Of a stretch of DNA of 64,000 nt, positions 15,197 to 31,250 are shown in pieces. How positions within the stretch are numbered: position 1 is the first letter of the stretch; the number at the start of each line of letters is the position of its first letter. A program made the translations under genes and the position numbers. A model generated the notes under the pieces. It was not told where the DNA came from, did no database searches, and worked only from the letters and a program-made list of their open reading frames with translations. The stretch is from positions 89,900,001 through 89,964,000 of the forward strand of contig OZ024740.1 of assembly GCA_964016885.1 (NCBI GenBank), written 5' to 3'. Source of the DNA: Eledone cirrhosa. Its lineage: Eukaryota.

Positions 15197-16713
15197 CTAA
15201 GGCAAATTCCTATAAAGAATTTCATGCAATTAATACATTTGAAGTATTTTCTTTATGCCAACATGTTTAAAGACATTTTAAAAATATCGTTTAACTAGCT
15301 TCATTTCATAATCCTCTCTATTCTTATGTTTCTCGCATAACTATATATGTAATATAATATGCTTAGAATGAATTGCATATTTGCATTACATTTCCTCATG
15401 GAAACTGAGCTAAATAATAGGCAATTCATGTATAAGATTGTTTGTAGTTATGTAGGCGTGGAGAAAATAATATCGTGGATCTCATTGATATGGAAACCTC
15501 TTCTTAGAAGTTTATCATTAAATGCTATTACATTGGTGGCTTTATTCTGTTCAATATGATCATAGTCATATACTTGAATTTGCACCATTCAGATTTTCCT
15601 GCTGCAGGCATGTTTCATTTCATAGAGAACGGTTTATATTTCAAACAAATCATTCTTTTATCTAAAACATCGTCTTCGTAATTTCCTTTTATCATTTGCC
15701 ATTACATCATCATATTAATATATGGTGATTTAATTGGGGCAATATATGATTATTGTAGTAATATATTTTCATCATGCATCGAACTTCTCCGTATCGTTCT
15801 ATTTCCCTCTGACACCATTGATATAATTATTAACTTACTTCTTCAGATTTGGGTTCACTGCATGAATCTATTTTCACTGTACGGAAGAGTAAATGTGTCC
15901 CCATTGCGATTTCAGCAGGGAATAACGTGCCAGGAGACAATATACTTTGAAAGATCAATTGAAGTTACACTTTGGGATTTATTCACTAAGAAAAGGGAAA
16001 AGTAATTTATTGATACAGTTCAAAATATACATATTTAAGCTCCTAGTGAGATGGAGCCACTTTACTAATCGCCTGCCCCTACTTTCATTTTTCAAAAGGG
16101 AAAATGTTTTGAGAATCATCCACGAAATGATATCTATTATCATGAAGGTATTGAACAATGATGCTTCGAATATATTGCACCTGACCTAATTCTGCTCACT
16201 AAGTTTGTTACCGAATGAATGTATTTCCTTTTATTGAAGACATCTCTGGTATCATTATACATGAGCAACCGGGCACAATTTGTGAATAAAGATGAAATCG
16301 GGGAATAGAATGGAAAACGTGAGAATGTATTTGTATATTTCAATATTAAGTTGCGCAAATTCAGTTCATTTTAATAAAAGTATAACACAGGAAGCGTAAT
16401 GTACATTTCTAACGGATATAGCATAGTTATTGCTGCGTATTAATTGACAGGGTTAGAATATTCACCTACTTTTCTAAGATTTAATGTTGGCAAATTGATT
16501 TTAAGTATTTGATATTTAAAATCATTTGATATTCAATATTTGATATAATTATATATTTCATTGCGGGGTATGCATTGTCATAATGACAGAGGGATTAGGT
16601 CAAAGGTGGTGCATAAACCTTTTTTCCACATTGCAACATTGGTTTAACTGAAACATTAAACGTCTTTTACAAATCCAAAATACAGTGGTTTACTTTTATT
16701 ATATAAATAGATG

Positions 16714-17116
<403 letters not shown>

Positions 17117-17129
17117 TATATATATATAT

Positions 17130-17233
17130 ATTTACTAAAATAACACATTAAATTTTAAGCAAAGAATCGCTGCTTTCACCCTTAACGGGATCTTGAGCCC
17201 TCTTTGGATTTTAGTCTTCAAATTTATTATTAT

Positions 17234-17238
<5 letters not shown>
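17130..17238. mobile_element. Minimal two-tailed insertion of the 12660-14625 family
   Basis: The inverted short tail plus HHR fragment is fused directly to the last ~45 nt of the long tail (GAGCCCTCTTTGGATTTTAGTCTTCAAATTTATTATTATTAC). Confidence 0.8.
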
Positions 17239-17296
<58 letters not shown>

Positions 17297-17301
<5 letters not shown>

Positions 17302-18250
17302 AGTTATATGGTTTGTTGATTATTATTCAACAGAGTCAATTTTATAACAGTGTTGAAGCCTCCTACAGAGGTGTCTGGAGTATTATTAACATTAACAATA
17401 TCAATAAATGGATAATATCTGTATAATACCATATATATTTTATTATACGTATTTCAAGGCGTTGGGAGAGACATTTTACAACTATCTTTCATTTATTGAG
17501 AGGGTAACCTACAATTCAAAGAGGTAAGGAAGCATCAAGGAAGGTAGTTAGTGGATGGAAATAAAGTAGGTCAAATCAAACAGTTAAATAAAGAGTAAAT
17601 CATTTAGAGGTTAATATTAATCCAGTTCCTAATAAATAAATTTAGTATCAAATACTGTAATGCACAGGAAAGGAACCTCGATGCACTAATTTACTAGTAT
17701 TTTCTTTTATAATGATACACACAAAGGAATCAACCCTAGTCTAGTCAGGTGTCTTAGTTATGTGTTCGGCGAGTTCTATGAATATATAACAAGAGTGAAA
17801 ATATTCCGGGTTAACCTAAGGAAGATTAGAAACTTTTCCTAATAGTGTAGATATGTAACGATCTACCTAAGTGTAATTAAAGTGTGTAACTAACGTAGAA
17901 AAAATATTTTTCTACCTAAGTATGCTTGGGGTTCATCATATTTGTTTAACAATTGGTCCTTTGCAGAAGACTGCATCTGGTTTGTTTCCACCGAGTATAC
18001 ATTGCACGGACGGCGTCCTTACGAGTAAGATTTTGTCTTGTAAATTATGCTCCAACTTAGATGGTAGTTAGTATTGTTGACTTGGAGGTCCTAATATGGC
18101 CAGAAAGTGCTGACGCGTGTCGGCGAGTTCGGTTTCTAAGTAAATCTTGGTATAGGTAATACCGGGTCTTAAACACGCAGGTGGTTAATCCGATGTAACA
18201 TACCGTCTCTATAAGCGGAAGATAGTTGTAAAGATTTTACTTTTAAAACA
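17297..18250 (-). mobile_element. Old degenerate CxCx5C-type PLE fragment
   Basis: Minus-strand remnants YIGLTT, FKTRY, SALSGHI, YHLSWSII, PCNV..VE and LLNK match the GIY-YIG C-terminus of 61306-61700. HHR 3'-half remnant GAAA-TACGTA-TA near 17445. Confidence 0.6.
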
Positions 18251-18579
18251 TGACTGATTTGGCACCCACAATTCAGACCTTCATCATACACCCTCCTCTT
18301 TGTTCTTCAGGCCAGTTCAGCGCCCCGTCACTATGAAGGAATTAGACCATGTATGTAACACCCCAGATCATTGACCACTCCCCGTGTCAGACAAGAAAAA
18401 CAACATTTTTTTAGGGATATTTGCTTTGATATATCTGCTTTGTTGTTTTGACTGCATGCCCATATATGGAACGTAGCCCTTGATAGGTTCAGCTAGATTC
18501 CCGCCGTTCAAATACTGGTGGCTTAGTTCGGATCTAGCTGTCAATATGGCCAGAGCTCAGCCGTCGGGTTCCTGAATCT

Positions 18580-18634
<55 letters not shown>

Positions 18635-18639
<5 letters not shown>

Positions 18640-18830
18640 TATGAGAATAAAGGAACAAAGAGTCAGCGTTGGAGCATAATTCATAACATATTTAATGATA
18701 TGTTACATATGTTTCACTGTGGATCAGCTCGATAAACGATCTATTATTGATCGATCCTGACTCCGGAATCGAAAGATCCTCAGATACGCCTATACACACA
18801 GCACCCGCGGACGCGCGTGCAGTCATACAT
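18635..18830 (-). mobile_element. PLE-end fragment with long-stem-II HHR (~18699-18788)
   Basis: Minus strand reads CTGAGGA-~60 nt structured-GAAAC-ATAT-GTA. The tail is homologous to 19545-19775. Confidence 0.65.
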
Positions 18831-18849
18831 ATATATAAATATATACCTT

Positions 18850-19067
18850 AAAACCCTACAACTATATGGGTTAGACTATATATATGTGTTTGTGTCTATA
18901 TTATATCTGTATTTTTGACCGTTGGTCAGTCAATGGTAACATTGAGGACTGAATAAATTAAATTAACTGATATAAAAGATACATAAGCGAAAAACAACCA
19001 AACAGTGAGTGTGTTCTGTTATTAATTCTGGCAATATTATTACACAAATATGACCCTCCCTAAGTAT

Positions 19068-19075
<8 letters not shown>
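18850..19075 (+). mobile_element. PLE long tail (MTLPKYNN family)
   Basis: Reverse complement of 6601-6800; ends at (TA)n. Confidence 0.75.
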
Positions 19076-19775
<700 letters not shown>

Positions 19776-19842
19776 ATATATATATATATTTATATATATA
19801 CGATATTAATAAATGGAAACTATATTTATAAAACCATATTTA

Positions 19843-19903
19843 TTTCATTATACATATTTCAGGGATACCACATTAAATTATGGTATGCCTTCATCAGACA
19901 AAA
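19843..19903 (-). ncRNA. Type I hammerhead ribozyme
   Basis: TTTTGT-CTGATGA-AGGCATACCATA[ATTTAA]TGTGGTATCCCT-GAAA-TATGTA-TA-ATGAAA, within a TA-flanked fragment ~19800-20060. Confidence 0.8.
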
Positions 19904-20129
19904 TACAATATATAACAGTTTTACAAATAGGTTTGACGTACCCTTTAAAATACAACCATTACTTTTGGAGGCCCTCTGGATGGTGATTTGTTCATATAAT
20001 AAGTCATAGTGTTAAGCACAATTAGAAAAAGACGGAGAGAAAGAAAGAGAAAAGAACAAAGTATATATATATGTGTCAGAACAAAATTTGCTTTCACTCT
20101 TAACATGTTTGATAACTAAATGTAATCAT

Positions 20130-20440
20130 GAGTGAATAATATTAATATTATAATAATATCATGATATTACTAATATTCGGTTTCTTTGCGAGTAAACAGT
20201 CTCATAAACACCATTTCTTTCAAAGATCAACGTCATTCCATTGTTCCCGTGCAGCTGAGAGAAAACAATTGTCAATTGCGACGAGAATACACAACTCCAT
20301 GAGAAAAAAAATCGCCGAAAGAATTATCAATTGTTTTCTCTCAGTTACCGCTAGAAGAAAATGATGACGTTAGTCATCTGATACATGGTGCAAACAAACA
20401 GAATATTAGTAATACTATGATATTAGTATTTTTCACTCCC
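20130..20440. repeat. Imperfect inverted repeat (MITE-like or old PLE-end inversion)
   Basis: CTGAGAGAAAACAATTG / CAATTGTTTTCTCTCAG core with degenerate outer arms. Confidence 0.55.
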
Positions 20441-21339
20441 GAATAAATACATATATATATATATATATATACAGTATATATATAGAGAGAAGCCTTGTTA
20501 AAATGTTCTTCTTGCAATGGGCTCTCTATTATGACCACTTCCTTCCCGCTCAGAGAAATCTATATATATATACATTGTATAAGGTGCTTAGGGACAGATA
20601 TCAATAATTCATTTTATTATTGTTTCTTATCAATTCGATTCTGTCCAAGAGGTTTGTGTTACATACAACTTAGCTGTCAACTGGTTACTATCTACTCATC
20701 TGGTACTTGAGACTACTTAAAGACAAAGAAGTCCTCAAAAGTTCTCTTGTTCAAGTCGATACATTGGAGAAAGTCTGATCCGTTGGGGAATAAAGAAGTT
20801 AGGAAACTATATGTGAATACTATTGCATTTAAATATCCCCAGAGGAGGTGAAAATAGATTGGAGACTATTTTAATCGACAGATTCTGCTTCAACTCTTAA
20901 ATGTTTCGGGTGAAAATGTCTTTGTGTGTCATTCGGGTCAATCGAAGGAGCCTTGGTCAATCCAGTGATCAAGGATGACGACCGAAAAAATTAAAGAAGG
21001 CTTACAATTTTAGCTAGGAAATAATTCTCCTTTCTTACACATTCACTACATGCAGGCTCGAAATGTCACGGCAGAGTAAAGGTGTCTAAATTTAAGACGT
21101 GACGCATTTTGTATGTTGGTTGGAATCCGACTTAGGATCAGTAAATTTAGTGTTCTATCAGCCCATCTGCCGAATTCATAATTAGCAATCCTCCTCATAG
21201 TTGCTCTTAGGAACGCGTTTGTGGTTTGTCTCGCTTTGGATTATTGCATCCTCGCAATTGGGAGTGAATCATTTCCTTTTCCCCTAAACACGATCACAAC
21301 ATCATTGTCTGATGCACACAAGATGCAAATGGGATTAAA

Positions 21340-22504
21340 AACTAAAGTCGCAGCGGTTGAGGTCACAAGAGCAAGTATATATCTCAACATTGGCAAAGCT
21401 ACTGGAGAGGATGAAGTTTGGCTTGAGATGTTAAAAAGAATTTAATAGAGAACGTATTCTTTGGCAGTCTCTTGTGTGCTGTGTCATCTGGATCTCTGAT
21501 AAGACACCAATGCAATGGTAGTTGGAAGTGGCAATACCAATTTTAAAAGTTATAGATAATAATGATTGCTCCGTCTATAGAGGTATCTTATTTTAAGCAG
21601 CCTATACTTTGTGTCTGGCAAAGATATGTGGGGTGATTGTCGAGTCCAACGTAACTGGTGTAGAAGCACAGTTGATTCAACATTCACACTGCGTCAGGTC
21701 TTTGTACACCTAGAAAAAGCATACGACCGTGTTCCACGAGAACTGATGTGTAAGGTTCTGCAGGAGTAGTTAATTGATGACCGGTTGCATGTTGCCTTGA
21801 TGACTCTAGTAATTGTGTTAGGATAATTGGTTTTAAATCGAAACATTTCAATGTGGTGATCGCAGTCCACAACGGGTGCGTACTGTCACCTCTCCTGTTT
21901 ATAATCTGCATTAACAGGATATATTCGCAGCCGGGTTGGAAGTGGTATCACATGAAAACGACATGAACATACAAAACTCGTTAGAAGTTGATCTCCAACA
22001 TGCACCTGATATACCTGACATCAAGTGCTGCGTAATTGGAACGGAAAATACGTGTTACTATGGCTGGGATCAATGGCTCGATACAGGTAGAAACCACTAA
22101 TTATCTAAATTTAGAGACCACAGCTCCAATACTACGGCAATTAAGTTTGAATGTCTCAGCATAGAATCTCAAGAGTGATTTTAAGGGTAAAACCAACCTG
22201 GAGGAGACCAGGGTGTACTTTCCAAGCAAGATGTTTCGATAATCCATGAGCCCGACGAGTCTCACTTAGGGATCCACGCTGATCTATTGCACAGAGTTGC
22301 TTCTGACAGGACCCGCTAGAAAGGGATGTCGAGGATTATGCCCCCAAACACATCTCCGGAATAACTGTGTGAAGAAAGAGAAGGAGAGGAGGAGGAGGCA
22401 GAAGAAGAAGAAGAAGAAGAAGAAGAAGAAGAAGAAGAAGAAGAAGAAGAAGAAGAAGAAGAAGAAGAAGAAGAAGAAGAAGAAGAAGAAGAAGAAGAAG
22501 AAGA
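21340..22504 (+). pseudogene. Degenerate RTE-like LINE RT with (GAA)n tail
   Basis: Remnants GKATGEDEVWLEMLK, YRGI, LEKAYDRVPR and GCVLSPLLFII with many stops and frameshifts; (AAG)n at 22400-22504. Confidence 0.75.
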
Positions 22505-22567
22505 ATCAGGTGGATGAGTAGTAGGTTCGTATTTGCTTCAAATGCTTAGTAATCTTTAGTTTAATAT

Positions 22568-22760
22568 AATTGTTTCCACTGTTGGCACAAGGCCAGCAAT
22601 TACCCAGTACATTACTGGTACTTTATTTTATCGACCCCGTAAGGATGAAAGGCAAAGTTAACCACGGCGGCATTTGAACACAGAATGCCAACGGCCGTAA
22701 CTCTATGCGTCAAAAATTGGCGTCCGACCTTCTACCGACACTGCCATTCCACCGCCTCCA
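22568..22760 (-). mobile_element. tRNA-derived SINE with 13-bp TSD
   Basis: SINE body flanked by TTTAGTTTAATAT at 22555-22567 and 22763-22775. Confidence 0.85.
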
Positions 22761-24132
22761 TATTTAGTTTAATATCATAATTGCTGTTTGTGTGTTTCTT
22801 AGCACATGATTGTGTGCTATCTAGTCTATAGTTTTTCTTTGTTTTGTTTGAGGCCAACAGATTTATTCCTGGTGATGGGTGGCAGTAAACAACATTTCCA
22901 CTTCAAATGAAAAAGACAATATATTTCTAAATATATTGATCATTTTATCATTTAATAAAAATAATTCTATTGATATTCGATTGTGATTCATGGGATTTAT
23001 TCATCTGTGTATGTGATCAAGAAGTACATTGTGTGAAGTACATGTGTTCAAGAAGTACATTGTCTGAAGTATAAATTTGATTTCCACTTATGAAATTATA
23101 ATATTAAAATAACACATTAAGGGACTTATATACATATGAATATTCTTCGAAAAACATGTAACTAGACGGCTACATTTTATCGCAGAAAAATGGACATATA
23201 TGTTAGATGGATAATGGTGCATTGAATGGGTGTTTAAAAAGAGTGTAGTCTACTTTAGGTCTCTGGGAATGTGGTCTTCCTTTCACAGCGGTACATGATA
23301 GCCCAATTTAATTTATTTTCATGAAACAATAAGGCATTGATATGGAAAGTATTCAAATGATTATCTAATAATTAAAAATGAAATTTCATTGAACATGAAA
23401 ATGGCTTCACAAGGACGTGTGAAATACGTATATGTTTACAAGTGAAAATGATTCGCCCATAATATTTGAAAAAATATTTGTAGATTTATTAACATTTATC
23501 ATTGTTAAGCAGTATGAACATTTATACTCGAGAGAAAGATAAATTACTACTATTATGCATTAAATCATACGATAATCGATATATGATCTTCGGTTTCCCA
23601 TTTCAGATAGCTTTTATTTTGAATTACACAGTGGCAAAAATGTTCACATGCTATCACGGTTTCAAGGGCATCAATACCATCTCACCTCAACGGGGTATAC
23701 GACAGAAACAACTAAGGTATTTAGTTTTGTAAATTATTCTGCGAATATAGAAGATCTAGTGAATTATTCATGAATTGGGCCGCCTAGCATTTTGCAGTAT
23801 CAGATTAAGATAACGGAACATTATTTAAAAATTCTTTAATTAGAAGTACTTTTGATTTAAACAGCTGATTTGCAAATCATTTGAGACATGAATAAGGCAG
23901 CTAATAAAACTAAATATAATTCGGAGAATTCAGCTATATTTTACCTACACTTCTATCCAAATACATACGTATTTCTCTATATTTCTCACCTGATTCTTTT
24001 CTCAGCCAAGCAATATCTCTCTCTACACAAACACACCCAAGCACATACACACGCGTTCGCGTGCGCACAAATATATATCAACACTTACAGCTGTCTGGCG
24101 TTGTATCAATTAACAATGCAATTGTTTGCCTG

Positions 24133-24163
<31 letters not shown>

Positions 24164-24164
24164 A

Positions 24165-26711
<2,547 letters not shown>

Positions 26712-27567
26712 TATATATATATATAGGTAGCACCATCCGACCCCTACATGTTCGTATCAAGGAACATATCAACACCAACGCATCTTCCTTCCGTAAACAT
26801 ATCCTCAAATGCGGAAACCCACAGGGTAGACCCTTGGTCACAGTCCTAGCGACTGAACGCAGCATCGGATCCTTAAGGATAAAGGAAGCACTTGTTATTA
26901 AGAACCTCAGACCCCCACTTAACAACCGGGCTGAGAGAAATGAGCTGACATGGCTAACTTAACCATAATGACCATTCACAGCCTACGGCCTGCTATCTTC
27001 ACACACACGCACGTATATGCATACCCATACGCATGCACACACACTTCTATATTTTACACGCACACATGTTTTTACAACCTACCACCTTTCACACCCTTTG
27101 ATTTCCAGCTTCTACAGCCCACTATCTTTCACACACAAACGCACTCACACATATACATACACAGTTACACACACACACGTATACCCATACGCTTACACAC
27201 ACATCTATATTTATACACGCACACATATTTTACAACCTACCACCTTTCACACCCTTTGATTTCCAACTTCTACAGCCCACTATCTTTCACACACACACAC
27301 ACTCACACATATACACACTTACACTTATACACACACAGTCACACACACATATATATTTACATACACATATCTTACGGCTTTCACACGCTAACGCACCCTC
27401 TTGATTTAACCCATTTGGTCAGTAGCTTTTGCCACAGCTTATCACGCGCACGCGCATTCTCTCCCTCGTTTAAATTTTAAATATTTTTCTCCCCATAACG
27501 GCATTCCTGTCTTAACGACATCACCACTTTCTCCGCTTGGCCTGTTTTTCCCCCCTTTTGGAACTTT

Positions 27568-27603
27568 TCCCCCGTTGATGGGCGTGAGCCCGAAATATTG
27601 GGA
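27568..27603 (+). ncRNA. Minimal hammerhead-like ribozyme, CCGTTGA core (identical copy 31020-31055)
   Basis: TCCC-CCGTTGA-T-GGGC[GTGA]GCCC-GAAA-TA-TT-GGGA with a GNRA-capped stem II and palindromic AATATT, at the position typical of PLE HHRs. Confidence 0.7.
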
Positions 27604-27620
27604 TTAAAATCTCTACTACG

Positions 27621-27715
27621 GTAACCCTTCTACCTTTGTTTTGTTTTCATCTGTGTCTCTCTCAACTTTCACTTTCACCTGTTTTTCCTATCTATATTTC
27701 ACTTCCTACCTCGAG
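27621..27715 (+). other. Putative retained 5'-UTR intron of the PLE
   Basis: GTAACC...polypyrimidine...CCTCGAG|ATTT. The equivalent GTAAAT...CCTGCAG|ATTT lies at 3647-3772 in the related element. Confidence 0.5.
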
Positions 27716-27770
27716 ATTTCCCTTTGCATTGTTGTGGCTTTCTTAAATACGTATTTTTACACATTTCACA

Positions 27771-30410
27771 ATGCTTCAAGCAAACTTTAACACCCTCTTA
27801 TCATTACACCTGAGCCAGGACTTGTTTGCACCCATAAGGGACCTATTCAGACTATCGGAGAATCGTGCCAAACTCGGTTGCCAAATTACCTTCTTAAAAC
27901 GCTGCCTAAAGAACAACATCATTCCAACCACCATCAGGAATATACATCTACCCGAATGTTTACGATCACCATCCTTCGAAAACACCATCCGCCACATTCA
28001 ACGCACTTTTATCAAGAAAATACTACGACACAACCACCACCAACTGCGACTCCATATACAAACGCTTTCTGAGCACTTAGATCGTATAGCTCCAATCCTC
28101 ACCCCTGACCACCAGGTCCAGGATATACGCAAAGCTATAGATCAGTGTTACCACACCAGAGTCAAATTTGATAAACAGCGCCTTGTACGGAAATACGAAT
28201 GGACTGTAAACAAATACTACATTGACAACATCCGCTCCCACAGACGGACCGACTACAACCACACCAGGGGCAATAGCTGTACAACACCCTCCGCTACACC
28301 CCCCAACATCGATCTACCTACCAACGATGCTTCACACCTCGTTACCGACTTAACCGGTACCCTCACCAACGACGAACTCGAACTTCTGCGCCTCGGACCC
28401 AAGTTCATCATTACACAGCGTCTCGATGATAGACTGAAACTCGACATCGAAACCAACTTCTGTCAGACAGCTTATCAACTGAAATGGCTAACCGCCATCC
28501 AAAACAACACCGAGATCGATTACAACCCCACAACCCACCCCACACTCCCCACGTATCACCTCGACAACCCACTCCACCCCCCACCCACCAACCACGAACT
28601 TGACACTAAACTACTCAGGTTGAAACATTCTATCTCTAACATCCTTTCCCAACACACACACACACACAATAAACGCAACCTCACCAATGCACAATTTAAT
28701 ACTCTCACCAACCTAAGATCCAGGAACCTTGTGTACCTTCCCTGTGACAAGGGGAAAGAATTCTGTGTCATCTCGAGAGAGACCTACAACAACTTAGCTC
28801 TCCAACATCTTAATGACCACAGCCTCTACTCGAAAGTCACAGGGACCTCCTCGACTCTAATCGAGGAAGGCATTAACACCATATGGACCAACATCTGTGT
28901 CCAACGAAAACTGCCAAAGAAGGTAAAAAACAACATAATGACTCGAAACAGCAAATTACCCACCTTCTACCACCTGGTCAAAACACATAAACAAGGACCC
29001 GATTTGAAAATCAGGCCCATTGTCTCTAGCGTGGAGGGCCCACTCTATAAAATATCGTGGCTGCTCTCCACACTACTGAAACCTATTCTACACACACTAC
29101 CAGCCCACGTCTGCAGCTCAAAGGAAGTCTTGGAGCGACTACACCATCTGGCGCCCAACACCAGAAAGGACAACGGTTATGCCTTCAGTCTTGATGTGGT
29201 CGCCCTTTATACCTCCGTACCAGCATCCCCAGCTGTCGACCTGTTGACCGAACGAGTCCGAGCATCTAACTTACACTGCTTCGGACTCACACACACGGAC
29301 ATCCACCAACTCCTCTCCTTCGTTGTGGATAATGCACTCTTCAATTTCCTCGGCCACACGTACAAACAAATCTCTGGGCTACCTATGGGCTCTAGTCTGT
29401 CCGGCATACTTGCGATCTCGTACATGGACCACCTGGAACGCAAGGCACTCAATACCTGCCAACCCAACGCCGTCGCCTTCTACTCCAGATACGTTGATGA
29501 TATCCTGATACTTACTTCTTCCCGGGAGATGGCGAATGAAATTCACCAAATCTTCAACGATACTGACCAACACATCGATTTCACCATCGAACACCCGGGA
29601 GAAGACGGGTCACTCGCCCTCCTCGACTTCCGTATCAACATCTCGGAAGAAGGAGACATAAACACCACTTTCTACCGCAAAGCAGCGTGCAAGGACTTAT
29701 TTGTGCATTATAACTCAGCCCTCCCCAACAACGCTAAGAGAGGCTATGTCCTAAATGAACTGACACGGATCACTAACAGATGCAGCGACCCGATGGGTGG
29801 TCTCACCCATACCACGCAATTCCGTAATCTACTCAGATCTAATGGTTATCCCAAGCGACTGATTAACGGAATTAGAGACCCCAGACCCAGTAGACTGACA
29901 CCCACTAGAAAACTTAATATTAGCAGGTGCTTCTTTAAAATCCCCCACCTGAGTGAATATACCACGAACGCCATCCGCAGGGCCATACGTACGGAGGGAC
30001 TTGACATACATTTGGCCCACACAGGACCTTCGCTGCGAAGATGCCTCTCCAACAAACCCTACGAGGCAGATGGGACGTGTTCCCTCAGCAACTGCCCGAT
30101 ACGGGGGGCAGATTGCCTACGCACCTATGTCGTATATAAGATTCAATGCGATAAATGTAACAAGTTTTACATAGGTAGCACCATCCGACCCCTACATGTT
30201 CGTATCAAGGAACATATCAACACCAACGCATCTTCCTTCCGTAAACATATCCTCAAATGCGGAAACCCACAGGGTAGACCCTTGGTCACAGTCCTAGCGA
30301 CTGAACGCAGCATCGGATCCTTAAGGATAAAGGAAGCACTTGTTATTAAGAACCTCAGACCCCCACTTAACAACCGGGCTGAGAGAAATGAGCTGACATG
30401 GCTAACTTAA
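27771..30410 (+). CDS. PLE polyprotein: reverse transcriptase plus C-terminal GIY-YIG endonuclease (879 aa)
   Basis: N-terminal FLKRC..NNIIP and a DKG box. RT motifs IRPIVS, FSLDVVALYT, QISGLPMGS and RYVDD; thumb FYRK. Cys linker CSLSNC..C, then VVY-CDKC-YIG, RIKEH, KH, E and LN. Confidence 0.96.
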   Translation: MLQANFNTLLSLHLSQDLFAPIRDLFRLSENRAKLGCQITFLKRCLKNNIIPTTIRNIHLPECLRSPSFENTIRHIQRTFIKKILRHNHHQLRLHIQTLSEHLDRIAPILTPDHQVQDIRKAIDQCYHTRVKFDKQRLVRKYEWTVNKYYIDNIRSHRRTDYNHTRGNSCTTPSATPPNIDLPTNDASHLVTDLTGTLTNDELELLRLGPKFIITQRLDDRLKLDIETNFCQTAYQLKWLTAIQNNTEIDYNPTTHPTLPTYHLDNPLHPPPTNHELDTKLLRLKHSISNILSQHTHTHNKRNLTNAQFNTLTNLRSRNLVYLPCDKGKEFCVISRETYNNLALQHLNDHSLYSKVTGTSSTLIEEGINTIWTNICVQRKLPKKVKNNIMTRNSKLPTFYHLVKTHKQGPDLKIRPIVSSVEGPLYKISWLLSTLLKPILHTLPAHVCSSKEVLERLHHLAPNTRKDNGYAFSLDVVALYTSVPASPAVDLLTERVRASNLHCFGLTHTDIHQLLSFVVDNALFNFLGHTYKQISGLPMGSSLSGILAISYMDHLERKALNTCQPNAVAFYSRYVDDILILTSSREMANEIHQIFNDTDQHIDFTIEHPGEDGSLALLDFRINISEEGDINTTFYRKAACKDLFVHYNSALPNNAKRGYVLNELTRITNRCSDPMGGLTHTTQFRNLLRSNGYPKRLINGIRDPRPSRLTPTRKLNISRCFFKIPHLSEYTTNAIRRAIRTEGLDIHLAHTGPSLRRCLSNKPYEADGTCSLSNCPIRGADCLRTYVVYKIQCDKCNKFYIGSTIRPLHVRIKEHINTNASSFRKHILKCGNPQGRPLVTVLATERSIGSLRIKEALVIKNLRPPLNNRAERNELTWLT

Positions 30411-31250
30411 CCATAATGACCATTCACAGCCTACGGCCTGCTATCTTCACACACACGCACGTATATGCATACCCATACGCATGCACACACACTTCTATAT
30501 TTTACACGCACACATGTTTTTACAACCTACCACCTTTCACACCCTTTGATTTCCAGCTTCTACAGCCCACTATCTTTCACACACAAACGCACTCACACAT
30601 ATACATACACAGTTACACACACACATGTATACCCATACGCTTACACACACACACATCTATATTTATACACGCACACATATTTTACAACCTACCACCTTTC
30701 ACACCCTTTGATTTCCAACTTCTACAGCCCACTATCTTTCACACACACACACACTCACACATATACACACTTACACTTATACACACACAGTCACACACAC
30801 ATATATATTTACATACACATATCTTACGGCTTTCACACGCTAACGCACCCTCTTGATTTAACCCATTTGGTCAGTAGCTTTTGCCACAGCTTATCACGCG
30901 CACGCGCATTCTCTCCCTCGTTTAAATTTTAAATATTTTTCTCCCCATAACGGCATTCCTGTCTTAACGACATCACCACTTTCTCCGCTTGGCCTGTTTT
31001 TCCCCCCTTTTGGAACTTTTCCCCCGTTGATGGGCGTGAGCCCGAAATATTGGGATTAAAATCTCTACTACGGTAACCCTTCTACCTTTGTTTTGTTTTC
31101 ATCTTTGTCTCTCTCAACTTTCACTTTCACCTGTTTTTCCTATCTATATTTCACTTCCTACCTCGAGATTTCCCTTTGCATTGTTGTGGCTTTCTTAAAT
31201 ACGTATTTTTACACATTTCACAATGCTTCAAGCAAACTTTAACACCCTCT

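Larger units (their letters stand above)
26723..27801 (+). repeat. 5' pseudo-LTR / partial upstream copy
   Basis: Starts at ATAGGT (the YIG codons) and matches 30171-31253. Confidence 0.93.

Noticed and set aside
15570-16360. Coding-looking non-repetitive block
   Set aside because: No sustained open frame or recognisable motif on either strand.
22297-22521. Poly-lysine ORF
   Set aside because: It is the (AAG)n tail of a dead RTE-like element.
26950-27480. His/Thr-rich ORFs in the pLTR (also 30398-30932)
   Set aside because: CA-rich low-complexity UTR, and the two copies differ by frameshifting indels.
27776-30373. Antisense and alternative-frame ORFs inside the PLE ORF
   Set aside because: Short shadow ORFs expected from the codon bias of the main ORF.
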